A stretch of 64,000 nt of DNA from contig JBPOJD010000030.1 of NCBI GenBank assembly GCA_052033955.1, forward strand, positions 33,679 through 97,678, read 5' to 3'. The DNA comes from Candidatus Hydrogenedentota bacterium (lineage in GTDB: Bacteria; Hydrogenedentota; Hydrogenedentia; Hydrogenedentales; SLHB01). Below, in pieces: positions 26,880 through 36,029 of the stretch. Made by a program: the position numbers and the translations under genes. Under the pieces are notes generated by a model that was given only the letters and a program-made list of their open reading frames with translations, did not search any database and was not told the DNA's origin. How positions within the stretch are numbered: position 1 is the first letter of the stretch; each line of letters starts with the position of its first letter.

Positions 26880-27509
26880 CTAGTGTGCGTGAATCGGGAA
26901 CACGGCCTTGCGCGCGACCTGCTCGCTGGGCTGATCCGGATCAAGAAGGGTCATGCTGACCCGCAGAGCGGCCGGCAACTGGGCGCGGTCCCACCCGCGA
27001 ACCCACTCGCCGGATCCGTCCGCCGGTGCGTACTCAATCGTGAAGCGCAACACGCCCGCGGCCATGACCGCCGGGTTGCCCGAGGGTTCGGCCGCGCCGA
27101 ACTCGCCCGTCGTGCGCACGAGCTGGGCCGGTTCCTGAGATGTGTCGATGCGGTACATGACCAGCCCGGCCACGTCGATGTCGTCCTTCTTCGCGGCGGC
27201 CCGCACCGGCAGCACGACGCGGTCGCGCGGCAGCACGCGGTCGAAGAACAGCTCGCTCTTCTCGTCCACCAGGATGCCGCGCAACGGCTCGCCGGAGAGT
27301 TCCTGCGAGATGACCTCGTTGACGTCGCGCTGAATCTGTTCAAAAGCGTGTTCGATGCGCGCATCGAGTTCGCTGCGGCCGCGGACCTGGGCCCAGCCGC
27401 TGGTCATCTTGAAGAAGATCGCCGTGCCCAGTGTGGACACAACGCCAATGACCGCCAGCACGGTCACGACCTCGACCAGGGTAAATCCAGCTCTGCGGGA
27501 ACGGTTCAT
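26880..27509 (-). CDS. Prepilin-type N-terminal cleavage/methylation domain pseudopilin (GspJ-like).
   Basis: The prepilin motif is 'RAGFTLVEVVTVLAVIGVV'. I moved the start to the MNRSRRAGF... Confidence 0.65.
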   Translation of the reverse strand: MNRSRRAGFTLVEVVTVLAVIGVVSTLGTAIFFKMTSGWAQVRGRSELDARIEHAFEQIQRDVNEVISQELSGEPLRGILVDEKSELFFDRVLPRDRVVLPVRAAAKKDDIDVAGLVMYRIDTSQEPAQLVRTTGEFGAAEPSGNPAVMAAGVLRFTIEYAPADGSGEWVRGWDRAQLPAALRVSMTLLDPDQPSEQVARKAVFPIHAH

Positions 27510-28018
27510 GGCGCCTCCTCGACGCTGGCCCGGGGCATGGCCGATGTGAGAATGAAGGCGCTCCCGCGCGTCTGCGGCGCCCATCGCACCACCACCGTGA
27601 GTTCGACGTGGGCCGCATCGGCGCGGGGCAGCCGCGCGAAGGCTTCCCAGGTAAATGCGTCATAGAACGCCTCTTCGCGTTGGGCGGCGGCCTCTACGGC
27701 AGGCATGGCCTCGGGGGCGGACAGGGTTGCCGTCCCGGATGTGGCCGTCACGGACATGAGCTGCCCGGGGGTGTCGAGCGTGGGCCATTCGAACAGGCCG
27801 GGCTGCCGCTGGAGCAGCTCGAGCTGTTCCTGGGCAAAGGCGGCGGCCACCTTGCGGGACCGGTTGGTCTTGGCGAGTGTGACGCTGGCGACGAAGAGGG
27901 TGATGATGACCGTGATGGCCACGCTGATGACCGCCAGTGCCGCGAGCACCTCCACCAGTGTGAAGCCTCGTTGGCGCCTGCGGGGGGACAAGGCGCCCGA
28001 AAGACGAAATGGCGTCAC
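27506..28018 (-). CDS. Prepilin-type pseudopilin (GspH/GspI-like).
   Basis: The prepilin motif is 'QRGFTLVEVLAALAVISVAI'. It overlaps the next pseudopilin gene by 4 bp. Confidence 0.65.
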   Translation of the reverse strand: MTPFRLSGALSPRRRQRGFTLVEVLAALAVISVAITVIITLFVASVTLAKTNRSRKVAAAFAQEQLELLQRQPGLFEWPTLDTPGQLMSVTATSGTATLSAPEAMPAVEAAAQREEAFYDAFTWEAFARLPRADAAHVELTVVVRWAPQTRGSAFILTSAMPRASVEEAP

Positions 28019-28099
28019 GTGGCCCTCTCCTTCCTGGTCCGGTATCCCGCGCCAGCGGCGAAGACGGCGCGGGCTGTTAAAAGTGCGCTACTCCCGTTC

Positions 28100-28129
28100 A
28101 TCGTATCGTCAATTGTGGGAAAAAGTCAA
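28100..28129 (-). promoter_or_regulatory. Candidate sigma70-type promoter (TTGACT-N17/18-TACGAT) for the pseudopilin/gspF operon, with a direct repeat ACAATTGAC x2.
   Basis: The elements sit in an AT-rich patch 80-110 bp upstream of the first pseudopilin start on the minus strand. Confidence 0.35.
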
Positions 28130-28203
28130 TTGTTTCCGAGCGAAAGGAAATATCGTTGCGGACGGAGCGGCGGCGCAGAAACTGTGCTTACAGCCGCGCC
28201 GGG

Positions 28204-29652
28204 TCAGACGTGGCGCGCGACGACGGCCAGCCCGGCCGCGACGCTGGTGAAGGTGTCGCGTTCGAGCATCTTGCCGGGGCCGAAGCGTTCCTCGAGCATG
28301 TGGCGAATGGACGGGATGAGGCTCGTGCCGCCCGTCGTCAGGACGCAGTCGATGTCGTCGGCGCGCACCTGCGCCGCGCTCTCGGCCTCCTGGATGGTGT
28401 GGCGCATGCGGTCGAGCATGTGGTGGATCGAGTCGGCCAGTTCGTCGCGGTCGATGGGTTCATGGATGTGGACCTGGTCGCGATGCAGTTCGATGGTGGT
28501 CTGCATTTCGGAGGAGAGGCGTTTCTTGGCGGCCTCCACCTCGCGGGCGAGCGGATAGCCGAGGTTGCGCCGCACGAGCCCGCGCAGGGCGCGGATGGCC
28601 TCGGGCTGTGTCGAGCTGCTTTCCATGGCGATCAGCCAGTTGATGGTCTCCTCGGTGTTGAGCTTATACAGGTTCTGCCAGTCGGCGACCGACGTGTACA
28701 GATACTGCGGGACCGGCAACTGCGAGGGACCGTAGCGCGACCGGCTTCCCAGGCAGGGAAAGACCTTGGTGCGAGTGATCTCGCGATCGATGGCGTCCCC
28801 CGCGATGGGCAGGCCCGACACCCCAAGGATACGGCTCTCGGCGAGCCGTTCGGCCGTTCCCTCGGCGCCGCCGAATTCCATGACGCACACGTCGCAGGTG
28901 CCACCGCCGATATCGACCACCATCAGGCGCTGGCGCCGTTCGGTGGCGATGGCGTACTCGACGCAGGCGGCCACGGGTTCGTAGAAGAACACGACGTCGG
29001 TGAATCCCGCGAGATGCGCGGCCGTCCGCAGGCGGCGCTCGGCCACATCGTCCTCGCGCTCGCGATCCGAGAAGCGCACGGGGCGGCCAAACACGGCCGT
29101 ATCGATGGACTCGCCGGCCGCTTCATCCACGCGCTCCTTGATGCGGCGCAATATCATCGCGGTCAGCTCTTCGATCTGGTAGTGCTGGCCGAAGATCTCG
29201 GTGCCGTGGTAGCCGCTGATGCGCAGCGAACTCTTGAGCGACTGGAACAGGCGTCCGGGCGAATTGACTTCGACGAGCGCCTGGGCCTTGACCGCCTCGC
29301 GGATCTCGTCGCCGACATCGCGCGGTCGATAAGCCTCGCTCTTGTCGGGCTCGGCGCCGACATAGCCCTCGATGGTGATCCCCAGGTCGATCTTCTCGAG
29401 GATCACCTCACGGTCCACGTTGCGGTCGATAAAGGCATTCGCGGCCGCGCGCCCGACGATACGCTCGCCGTCGCGCGCGATGTAAAGCAGCGAGGGCAGC
29501 GAGGTGGGGCTGTCGTTGGCGAAATCGAGCGGGAGGACCCGCACCTGGCCCGCTTCGTTGGCCAGGGCCGCGCTCGAGTTGGTCGTGCCGAAATCTATGC
29601 CACAGAAATGTCTTGCCACGGTACCGGTTGCTGCTTGGTGTTGCGGTTGCAC
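28204..29652 (-). CDS. Hsp70-family ATPase, YegD-like.
   Basis: The phosphate-1 motif is 'GIDFGTTNS', with 'VVFFYEPVAACVEYA' and 'MVVDIGGGTCDV'. The 482-aa protein is collinear with E. coli YegD and has no DnaK substrate-binding domain. Confidence 0.8.
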   Translation of the reverse strand: MQPQHQAATGTVARHFCGIDFGTTNSSAALANEAGQVRVLPLDFANDSPTSLPSLLYIARDGERIVGRAAANAFIDRNVDREVILEKIDLGITIEGYVGAEPDKSEAYRPRDVGDEIREAVKAQALVEVNSPGRLFQSLKSSLRISGYHGTEIFGQHYQIEELTAMILRRIKERVDEAAGESIDTAVFGRPVRFSDREREDDVAERRLRTAAHLAGFTDVVFFYEPVAACVEYAIATERRQRLMVVDIGGGTCDVCVMEFGGAEGTAERLAESRILGVSGLPIAGDAIDREITRTKVFPCLGSRSRYGPSQLPVPQYLYTSVADWQNLYKLNTEETINWLIAMESSSTQPEAIRALRGLVRRNLGYPLAREVEAAKKRLSSEMQTTIELHRDQVHIHEPIDRDELADSIHHMLDRMRHTIQEAESAAQVRADDIDCVLTTGGTSLIPSIRHMLEERFGPGKMLERDTFTSVAAGLAVVARHV

Positions 29653-29743
29653 CTTAAGCCATTGCGCTATAAATGGTTAGGGCTGGCAAAACGCGAAGTA
29701 TAGCACGAGCGCCGCAGGCTGTCAACGCGAGCGTCCCGACGGG

Positions 29744-30157
29744 TCAAATGTAGTACATGTGGGACGTGTCGGCGCTGTCGAGGATGGTGCGGACGGTCAC
29801 CGCCCGCAGGACGGCGGTCACTTCGCGGGCGATCGCGCGCCAGGTCGGGGCAAGATCGGCGGTGGACCGGTCATCGACAGGCAAGGGGTCGAGGACCGGC
29901 CCGTCAATGGATTCCACGATGTCCAGCAGCGTGATGTCATCTGGGCTGCGCCCCAGCAGGTATCCCCCCTGCGCACCGCGTACGCTGCGTACCAGACCGG
30001 CGCGCTTGAGCTGCAGGAGGATGTGAACGAGGTACTTCTCGGGGATGCCCCGCTTTTCCGCGATGGCCAGCGCCGTCACGGGTTCATCGCTGTTCTCGTG
30101 CCGGGCCAGTTCCACGACGGCGCGGCATGCGTATTCGCACCGGGAAGAAATGTTCAT
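29744..30157 (-). CDS. Rrf2 family transcriptional regulator.
   Basis: The HTH reads 'ALAIAEKRGIPEKYLVHILLQLKRAGLVRSVRGAQGGYLL'. There is no C-terminal Cys cluster, so the protein probably binds no Fe-S cluster. Confidence 0.8.
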   Translation of the reverse strand: MNISSRCEYACRAVVELARHENSDEPVTALAIAEKRGIPEKYLVHILLQLKRAGLVRSVRGAQGGYLLGRSPDDITLLDIVESIDGPVLDPLPVDDRSTADLAPTWRAIAREVTAVLRAVTVRTILDSADTSHMYYI

Positions 30158-30262
30158 GGCGTACGGGTTCCTGGCGTCAAGCGTGCGCGTCTGCGCCACC
30201 GGACAGTTGTTGCGGCAAACCTTATCTAACTGGTCTAGTTTATAAAGAACCGCCCGCGCGCG

Positions 30263-31054
30263 TCAAGGAATGATTGCTTCGCGCGTCAACGCCAGCAGTT
30301 CGGACGGGACTTCCCGGCGCTGGATGCCCAGCCGGGTCAACGCGAAGTCATAGCGGACGGGATCGGCCGACGACAGTGCGCGGAAGCCCGCGGTCACCTC
30401 GACGGCGGTTCGTTCGTCGGCCTGGCGCCGTTGCGTGAACCCGATCCGGCGCGCGACCCGGTGCATGTGGACGTCCAGCGGAACCATGAGGTCGGAGGGT
30501 GCGAGGACCTCCCAACCGCCGGGATCAACGGCATCGCGCCGGACCATCCACCGCAGGTACAGGTGCAGCCGCTTGCAGGCGCTGCCCCGCGCGGGGTCGG
30601 GCAGAAGCCCCGTCGGGCCGGCTTCCTGGAGTTCGCGGACCAGGCCCGTCAGCGCGGACGTCAATGCGCCATCCCAGTGCCGGGCCAGTGCGGTCTCGAT
30701 TGTGCCGTGCCGCCGCAGGACCTCCCGTGTGCCGGACAGCAGCCGGAACACGTCCCGGTCCGTGGTCCAACGATGCCGGAAGCCCGCGAGCCCGCCCTCG
30801 AGCGCGGCGTCGGACATCCGGAGCAGCCGGGCGCGTGGCCGGGAACCGAGCACCTCCAAGACGCGCGCTACCGACCGCAGAATCTGCCGGACGTTGCCAT
30901 AGGCGAGACTCGACGCGATCAACCCCACGAGTTCGCGGTCGCGGACGTCCTCGCAGGCGTAGAGGAACTCGAGGGGGTCGGGATGGACCCACCGACGGGA
31001 CGCGTAGGTCTGGTAGAGATGGTCGAGGACGGACTCAAGTGTGGGGGGCGACAC
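30263..31054 (-). CDS. Conserved hypothetical protein, possibly DUF2400/TIGR02757-like.
   Basis: The 263-aa ORF has protein-like composition. The family call is from memory only. Confidence 0.45.
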   Translation of the reverse strand: MSPPTLESVLDHLYQTYASRRWVHPDPLEFLYACEDVRDRELVGLIASSLAYGNVRQILRSVARVLEVLGSRPRARLLRMSDAALEGGLAGFRHRWTTDRDVFRLLSGTREVLRRHGTIETALARHWDGALTSALTGLVRELQEAGPTGLLPDPARGSACKRLHLYLRWMVRRDAVDPGGWEVLAPSDLMVPLDVHMHRVARRIGFTQRRQADERTAVEVTAGFRALSSADPVRYDFALTRLGIQRREVPSELLALTREAIIP

Positions 31055-31257
31055 CGGCGCGGCCTTTCGGTTGGAACGCGGTAATGATGACGGTTCCTGA
31101 TCGGACTGTCAACCGCCCGGCAGGCGGGCCGGCGGTTCCCTTCCCCGCACGGGACGTTGGACGTGCGCTATCTGCCTAGACACCCGTCAGTTAGCGGTGG
31201 TATGATCGGCGTTGCATGACGGGCGCTGCGACGTCACGGACCACCAAGGAGGAAAGC

Positions 31258-31419
31258 ATGACACGGTACGAGTGCCAGCTCTGCGGGTACGTGTATGACC
31301 CCGCGGAAGGCGACAGCACGAATGAGATTGACAGCGGCACCGCTTTTGATGAGTTGCCCGAGGACTGGACCTGTCCCGATTGCGGGGCGGCCAAGCGCGA
31401 CTTCGAACCCCTGCCCTGA
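31258..31419 (+). CDS. Rubredoxin.
   Basis: The two metal-binding knuckles are 'CQLCGYVYDP...' and 'WTCPDCGAAK'. AAGGAGG lies 7 bp upstream of the ATG at 31258. Confidence 0.9.
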   Translation: MTRYECQLCGYVYDPAEGDSTNEIDSGTAFDELPEDWTCPDCGAAKRDFEPLP

Positions 31420-31437
31420 GGCGCCGGGACGCGATTC

Positions 31438-32961
31438 ATGGCTACATCCAAGCTGAGCCAGATCAACCGGCAGGAGGGCCTGAGCGCGATCGTTGTCGGC
31501 GCGTCGGGCGACCTGGCCTTGCGCAAGATCTATCCGGCCCTGTTCGCCCTGTTCTGCCAGGATCTGCTGCCGCAGGACTTGGTCGTGGCGGGCTACGCGC
31601 GCACGCCGATGACGGACGAAGAGTTCCGAGGACGGGTGAGCGAGCACCTGACGTGCCGCTACGTTCCCGAGGACAACGCCTGTGCGCGGCTGATGACGGA
31701 TTTTCTGGGCCGCTGCCATTACGTGGCAGGCCAATACGACTCGGCGAGCGATTTTCTCGATCTCTACGCGCGGCTCAAGCCGCTGGAACAGGAACGCGGC
31801 AACAACCGCCTGTTCTACATGGCCATCCCGCCGTTTCTGTTCTTGCAGGTGGCGCATGCCCTGGGCAAGGCCGGGCTGGTGCGGTGCGAGGGCGACCGGC
31901 CGTGGGCCCGCGTGGTCATCGAGAAGCCCTTCGGCGAAGACCGCGCGAGTTCGGATGAGCTGACGCGCAACGTCGCCCAGGTCTTCTCGGAACCGCAGAC
32001 GTTCCGCATCGATCACTATCTGGGCAAGGAGGTCATCCAGAACCTGCTGGTGCTGCGCTTTGCCAATCTCATCTTCGATCCCCTCTGGAACCGCAACTAT
32101 ATCGACCGCGTGAGCATTTCCTGGACCGAGGATGCCGGTGTGGATGGACGCGGCGGTTACTTCGATTCCTACGGCATCATCCGCGATGTCATGCAGAACC
32201 ACCTGATTCAGATTCTGTCGCTGGTCGCGATGGAAGAGCCGGTCAGCCTGGATGCGCGTGCCATCGGCGACGAAAAGGTCAAGGTCCTCCGGTGCATCCG
32301 GCCGCTGCGGCTGGACGACATGCACCTCGGGCAGTACACCGCCGGCGCGCTTCACGGACGCCCGCACGCGGGATACCTTGAAGAAGACAAGGTCGGTCCT
32401 GGATCGATCACGCCGACCTACGCCGCCGCCGTTCTCCGCGTCCACAACCGCCGCTGGGACGGCGTCCCCTTCATCATGCAGGCGGGCAAGGGCCTTGATT
32501 CCCGGATGACCGAAATCCGCATCCGCTTCCGCCACATGCCCGCGAACATCTTCGGCCGTGACCTCCAGGCCGCGGCCCCCAACGAACTGGTCATCCGCGT
32601 CCAGCCGGACGAACACATCGCCCTGCGCATCATGAACAAGATGCCCGGACTCGGCGTGCGCCTCGTCGAAACCCTCTTGGACCTGCGCTACGAGGCCGCG
32701 TTCCCCATCACGATTCCCGACGCGTACGAGAGCCTCCTGCTGGACGTGGTCCGGGGGGATAAGAGTCTTTTCATCCGGGCCGACGAGTTGCAGGCGGCGT
32801 GGGACATCTTCACGCCGGCGTTGCACGAACACGAGCGGTCGGGGATGCGGCCGGAGGCCTACGCATTTGGAAGCAGCGGCCCTACGGGCGCGTTGCGGCT
32901 TCTGGAGGATGCAGCGGGTCATGTGCCCGCAGGGGAGGAATACGGGCGCCCCGGCGCCTGA
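31438..32961 (+). CDS. zwf: Glucose-6-phosphate 1-dehydrogenase.
   Basis: The NADP-binding motif is 'GASGDLALRKIYPALF', and the signature 'RIDHYLGKE' is present. The protein is 507 aa. Confidence 0.92.
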   Translation: MATSKLSQINRQEGLSAIVVGASGDLALRKIYPALFALFCQDLLPQDLVVAGYARTPMTDEEFRGRVSEHLTCRYVPEDNACARLMTDFLGRCHYVAGQYDSASDFLDLYARLKPLEQERGNNRLFYMAIPPFLFLQVAHALGKAGLVRCEGDRPWARVVIEKPFGEDRASSDELTRNVAQVFSEPQTFRIDHYLGKEVIQNLLVLRFANLIFDPLWNRNYIDRVSISWTEDAGVDGRGGYFDSYGIIRDVMQNHLIQILSLVAMEEPVSLDARAIGDEKVKVLRCIRPLRLDDMHLGQYTAGALHGRPHAGYLEEDKVGPGSITPTYAAAVLRVHNRRWDGVPFIMQAGKGLDSRMTEIRIRFRHMPANIFGRDLQAAAPNELVIRVQPDEHIALRIMNKMPGLGVRLVETLLDLRYEAAFPITIPDAYESLLLDVVRGDKSLFIRADELQAAWDIFTPALHEHERSGMRPEAYAFGSSGPTGALRLLEDAAGHVPAGEEYGRPGA

Positions 32962-33015
32962 GGGTGGTGGGACAGCCGGCTGTGCCGGGAGCTGACGGCC
33001 GGCGGAATAAAATGG

Positions 33016-33030
33016 TAATGAGAATCATTA
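33016..33030. promoter_or_regulatory. Fur/PerR-box-like palindrome TAATGAGAATCATTA overlapping the promoter of the Fur-family gene.
   Basis: The palindrome is a 6/7-6/7 inverted repeat (TAATGAg-a-aTCATTA) 13 bp upstream of the ATG at 33043. Confidence 0.5.
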
Positions 33031-33042
33031 CTAGTTGGTAAG

Positions 33043-33450
33043 ATGAATACGGAAACCAGCATAGCTCGAATGACTCGGCAGCGGCGCATCATCCTCGACG
33101 AGTTGCGTCAGCTCACAACCCATCCCACGGCGGACGACCTCTATGAGATCGTGCGCAAACGATTGCCGCGCATAAGCTTGGGAACGGTGTACCGCAATCT
33201 GGACGTGCTCTCGCGGACGGGCGTGATTCTGCGCCTGGAAATGGGCGGCAGTCAGTACCGTTTTGACGGAAATCCGTGGCCTCACGCCCATGTGCGGTGT
33301 GTGGACTGCGGGCGGGTGGCGGATGTGCATGCCGAGCAGGCACCCGTGCCCCTGCCGGACCCGGATGCTGCCTGCGGCTATCACGTGACCGGTTACCGGA
33401 TGGAGTATACCGGGACCTGTCCGGAGTGCCGCAGCGCCGCCACGAGTTAG
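33043..33450 (+). CDS. Fur family transcriptional regulator, PerR-like by context.
   Basis: It has an N-terminal winged helix and C-terminal Cys pairs 'CVDCG...CPEC'. It sits upstream of ferritin and peroxiredoxin genes. Confidence 0.85.
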   Translation: MNTETSIARMTRQRRIILDELRQLTTHPTADDLYEIVRKRLPRISLGTVYRNLDVLSRTGVILRLEMGGSQYRFDGNPWPHAHVRCVDCGRVADVHAEQAPVPLPDPDAACGYHVTGYRMEYTGTCPECRSAATS

Positions 33451-33525
33451 GATATTGGTCGAGACGCGACACGGCGGCATGGGTGCCGTCGTGAAACCCC
33501 ATACCTGGAAGTGGAGGGAGATTCG

Positions 33526-34014
33526 ATGTTAAGCAAGAAAATGCTCAAGGCGTTGAACGATCAGGTGAACGCGGAACTGTACTCGCATTACCTTTATCTG
33601 GCGATGGCGGCGCACTGCGAGGCCGAGAACCTCAGCGGTTTCGCGCACTGGCTGAAGGCGCAGTCGTACGAGGAGTACGGCCACGGGTTGAAGATCTTCG
33701 GCTACATCCAGCAGCGCGGATCGCGCGTGAGTCTCAAGGCGATTGAAGAGCCGCCCGCGAAATGGGCGTCGCCGCTCGCGGTTGTGGAAGACGTGGCGAA
33801 GCACGAGCGTCTGGTTACCTCCAAGGTAAACGATCTCGTCGACCTTGCCATCGCGGAGAAGGACCACGCGACGCTGGCGTTCCTGCAGTGGTTCGTGACC
33901 GAGCAGGTCGAAGAGGAGGCCACGGCGGACGCGCTCGTACAGAAGCTGAAGCTGGTGCGCGACACCCCGAGCGGACTGTTCATGGTGGATCGCGAACTGG
34001 CTGCGCGCCAGTAG
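33526..34014 (+). CDS. Ferritin-like protein (non-heme ferritin / Dps superfamily).
   Basis: Di-iron ferritin-fold helices are present ('ELYSHYLYLAMAAHCE', 'EEYGHGLKIFGYI'). The start is taken at MLSKK... Confidence 0.8.
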   Translation: MLSKKMLKALNDQVNAELYSHYLYLAMAAHCEAENLSGFAHWLKAQSYEEYGHGLKIFGYIQQRGSRVSLKAIEEPPAKWASPLAVVEDVAKHERLVTSKVNDLVDLAIAEKDHATLAFLQWFVTEQVEEEATADALVQKLKLVRDTPSGLFMVDRELAARQ

Positions 34015-34059
34015 TCCTCGGACGATTCTGCAGCAATTTTGTGAAAGGATAGGTGAACC

Positions 34060-34656
34060 ATGTCGTTTCTCGTAGCCCAGGAAGCCCCTGATTTCAGCGC
34101 CACCGCGGTGATGCCGGACAACAGTTTCCAGGAGTGGTCGCTTGCATCGCAGCGAGGCAAGTACGTGCTGCTGTTCTTCTATCCGCTCGATTTCACCTTC
34201 GTGTGCCCGAGCGAGATCATTGCGTTCGACAAGAAGCTCGACGAGTTCGCCAAGCGCGAGTGTCAGGTGATCGGCGTGTCCGTGGACTCGCATTTCACCC
34301 ACCACGCGTGGAAGAACACGCCCGTGAACCACGGCGGCATCGGCAACATCCAGTATCCGCTGATCGCGGATATCTCCAAGTCGATTTCGCGCGCCTACGG
34401 CGTGTTGCACGACGACAGCGTGGCCCTGCGCGGCCTGTTTCTGATTGACCGCGAGGGGATCATCCGGCATGCCACGATCAATGACCTTCCCCTCGGCCGA
34501 AACGTGGACGAGGCGCTGCGGATGATCGATGCGCTGCAGTTCACGGAGAAGTTCGGCGAGGTCTGCCCCGCCAACTGGCAAAAGGGCGAGAAGGGAATGA
34601 AGGCCTCGAGCGAAGGCGTGGCGGATTACCTGCAGGAGAAGTACACCGCGAACTGA
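34060..34656 (+). CDS. Typical 2-Cys peroxiredoxin (AhpC/Prx1 family).
   Basis: The peroxidatic Cys is in 'FTFVCPSE' and the resolving Cys in 'EVCPANW'. The protein is 198 aa. Confidence 0.92.
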   Translation: MSFLVAQEAPDFSATAVMPDNSFQEWSLASQRGKYVLLFFYPLDFTFVCPSEIIAFDKKLDEFAKRECQVIGVSVDSHFTHHAWKNTPVNHGGIGNIQYPLIADISKSISRAYGVLHDDSVALRGLFLIDREGIIRHATINDLPLGRNVDEALRMIDALQFTEKFGEVCPANWQKGEKGMKASSEGVADYLQEKYTAN

Positions 34657-34716
34657 CCACACGGGTATATATGCGGGCGGGCCGGCACAGGGACACCCTG
34701 CCGGCCCGTTCTGTGT

Positions 34717-35814
34717 TTATGCGCCGTGCTCCACCTGGTCGATGATGCCCGCGAGCAGTGTGCAGCCCTCGTCGTCGTAGCACACCGCCCACTGTCCGGG
34801 TGTCACGCTCCGCTGGGGCACATGCAGCCGGACACCAAAGCCGTCGTGGTCCGCGGTCACCGTGGCAGCGACGGGTTCATGGTGGTACCGGATCTGGACG
34901 AGACACTCGAAGGGCGCGTCCTGCGGCGCCAGCCCGGACCAGACCGCCTCGCGCGCGGTGAAGCGTTCCGCGAAGGTCGCATCCTCGAATCCAACGACCA
35001 CGGCGTTGCGGGCCGGTTCGATGCGGACTACATACAATGGCCGGGGCGCCGCGATGCCCAAGCCCCGCCGTTGGCCGACGGTGTAGAAGGGCAGTCCCTG
35101 GTGCTGCCCGAGTTCGTTGCCGTCGGTGTCGACGATGGGCCCGGGCCGCGCCGCGACATTCCGGCCGCGGAGGAACTCCCGGTAATCGCCGCCGGGCACA
35201 AAGCAGATGTCCTGGCTTTCGGGCCGTTCCGCGGCAGCAAGGTCAAGCTGGCGGGCAATCTCGCGCGTCTGCGCCTTGGTCATTTCACCGAGCGGAAACA
35301 GGCACACGCCAAGCTGATCCTGGCTCAGACCGGCCATGACGTAACTCTGATCCTTGGGCGTGTAGACGGCGCGCTGGACCGCATAGCGTTCGCCGCGGCG
35401 GGCCAGGCGGATGTAGTGGCCCGTGGCGATGCGGTCGCACCCGAGCGCGCGGGCCTTCTCGGCCAGCCCGCCGAACTTGAGCCGCTGGTTGCAGCGGACA
35501 CAGGGGTTGGGGGTGCGCCCGGCGGCATACTCGCGGGTAAAATCCCCGATGACCGCCTCGTCAAAATCCTCGACGTAGTTGAAGGTGTAATGCGTAAACC
35601 CCAGTTTGTCGGCCACTTGGCGGGCATCGGCGGCCAGTTCGGCGGAACAGCAGGGGCTGTACACCGACTGATGCTCTTCCTCGGCCACGACCCGCATGGT
35701 CACGCCGACCACGTCGTGACCGGCCGTGGCGAGCAGGGCCGCGGCCACGGAACTGTCGACCCCGCCGCTCATGGCGACGAGCACGCGGTGCCTCTGGGGG
35801 GAAGGGATGGTCAT
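34717..35814 (-). CDS. mnmA: tRNA-specific 2-thiouridylase MnmA.
   Basis: The PP-loop is 'VLVAMSGGVDSSVAA', and the catalytic Cys residues are conserved. I moved the start to the ATG at 35814. Confidence 0.9.
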   Translation of the reverse strand: MTIPSPQRHRVLVAMSGGVDSSVAAALLATAGHDVVGVTMRVVAEEEHQSVYSPCCSAELAADARQVADKLGFTHYTFNYVEDFDEAVIGDFTREYAAGRTPNPCVRCNQRLKFGGLAEKARALGCDRIATGHYIRLARRGERYAVQRAVYTPKDQSYVMAGLSQDQLGVCLFPLGEMTKAQTREIARQLDLAAAERPESQDICFVPGGDYREFLRGRNVAARPGPIVDTDGNELGQHQGLPFYTVGQRRGLGIAAPRPLYVVRIEPARNAVVVGFEDATFAERFTAREAVWSGLAPQDAPFECLVQIRYHHEPVAATVTADHDGFGVRLHVPQRSVTPGQWAVCYDDEGCTLLAGIIDQVEHGA

Positions 35815-36029
35815 CTTGGGCTGCCAGGAGTTGAATCGTCCACGATACGCCGTATCACCGTGCCGTGCGGACCCAACAGGGACCAATCTGGTATTATTCC
35901 GCACGGACCACCTCGACGCCCCAGTCTACGATACCCGTGGCGGGCCTGCAACTGCGCTGTACCGGGCGGGCTGAGTATGGTAGGGTAAGCGTCTGGATCC
36001 CATGATAACCGGCGGTACGAGAGAAAGGC

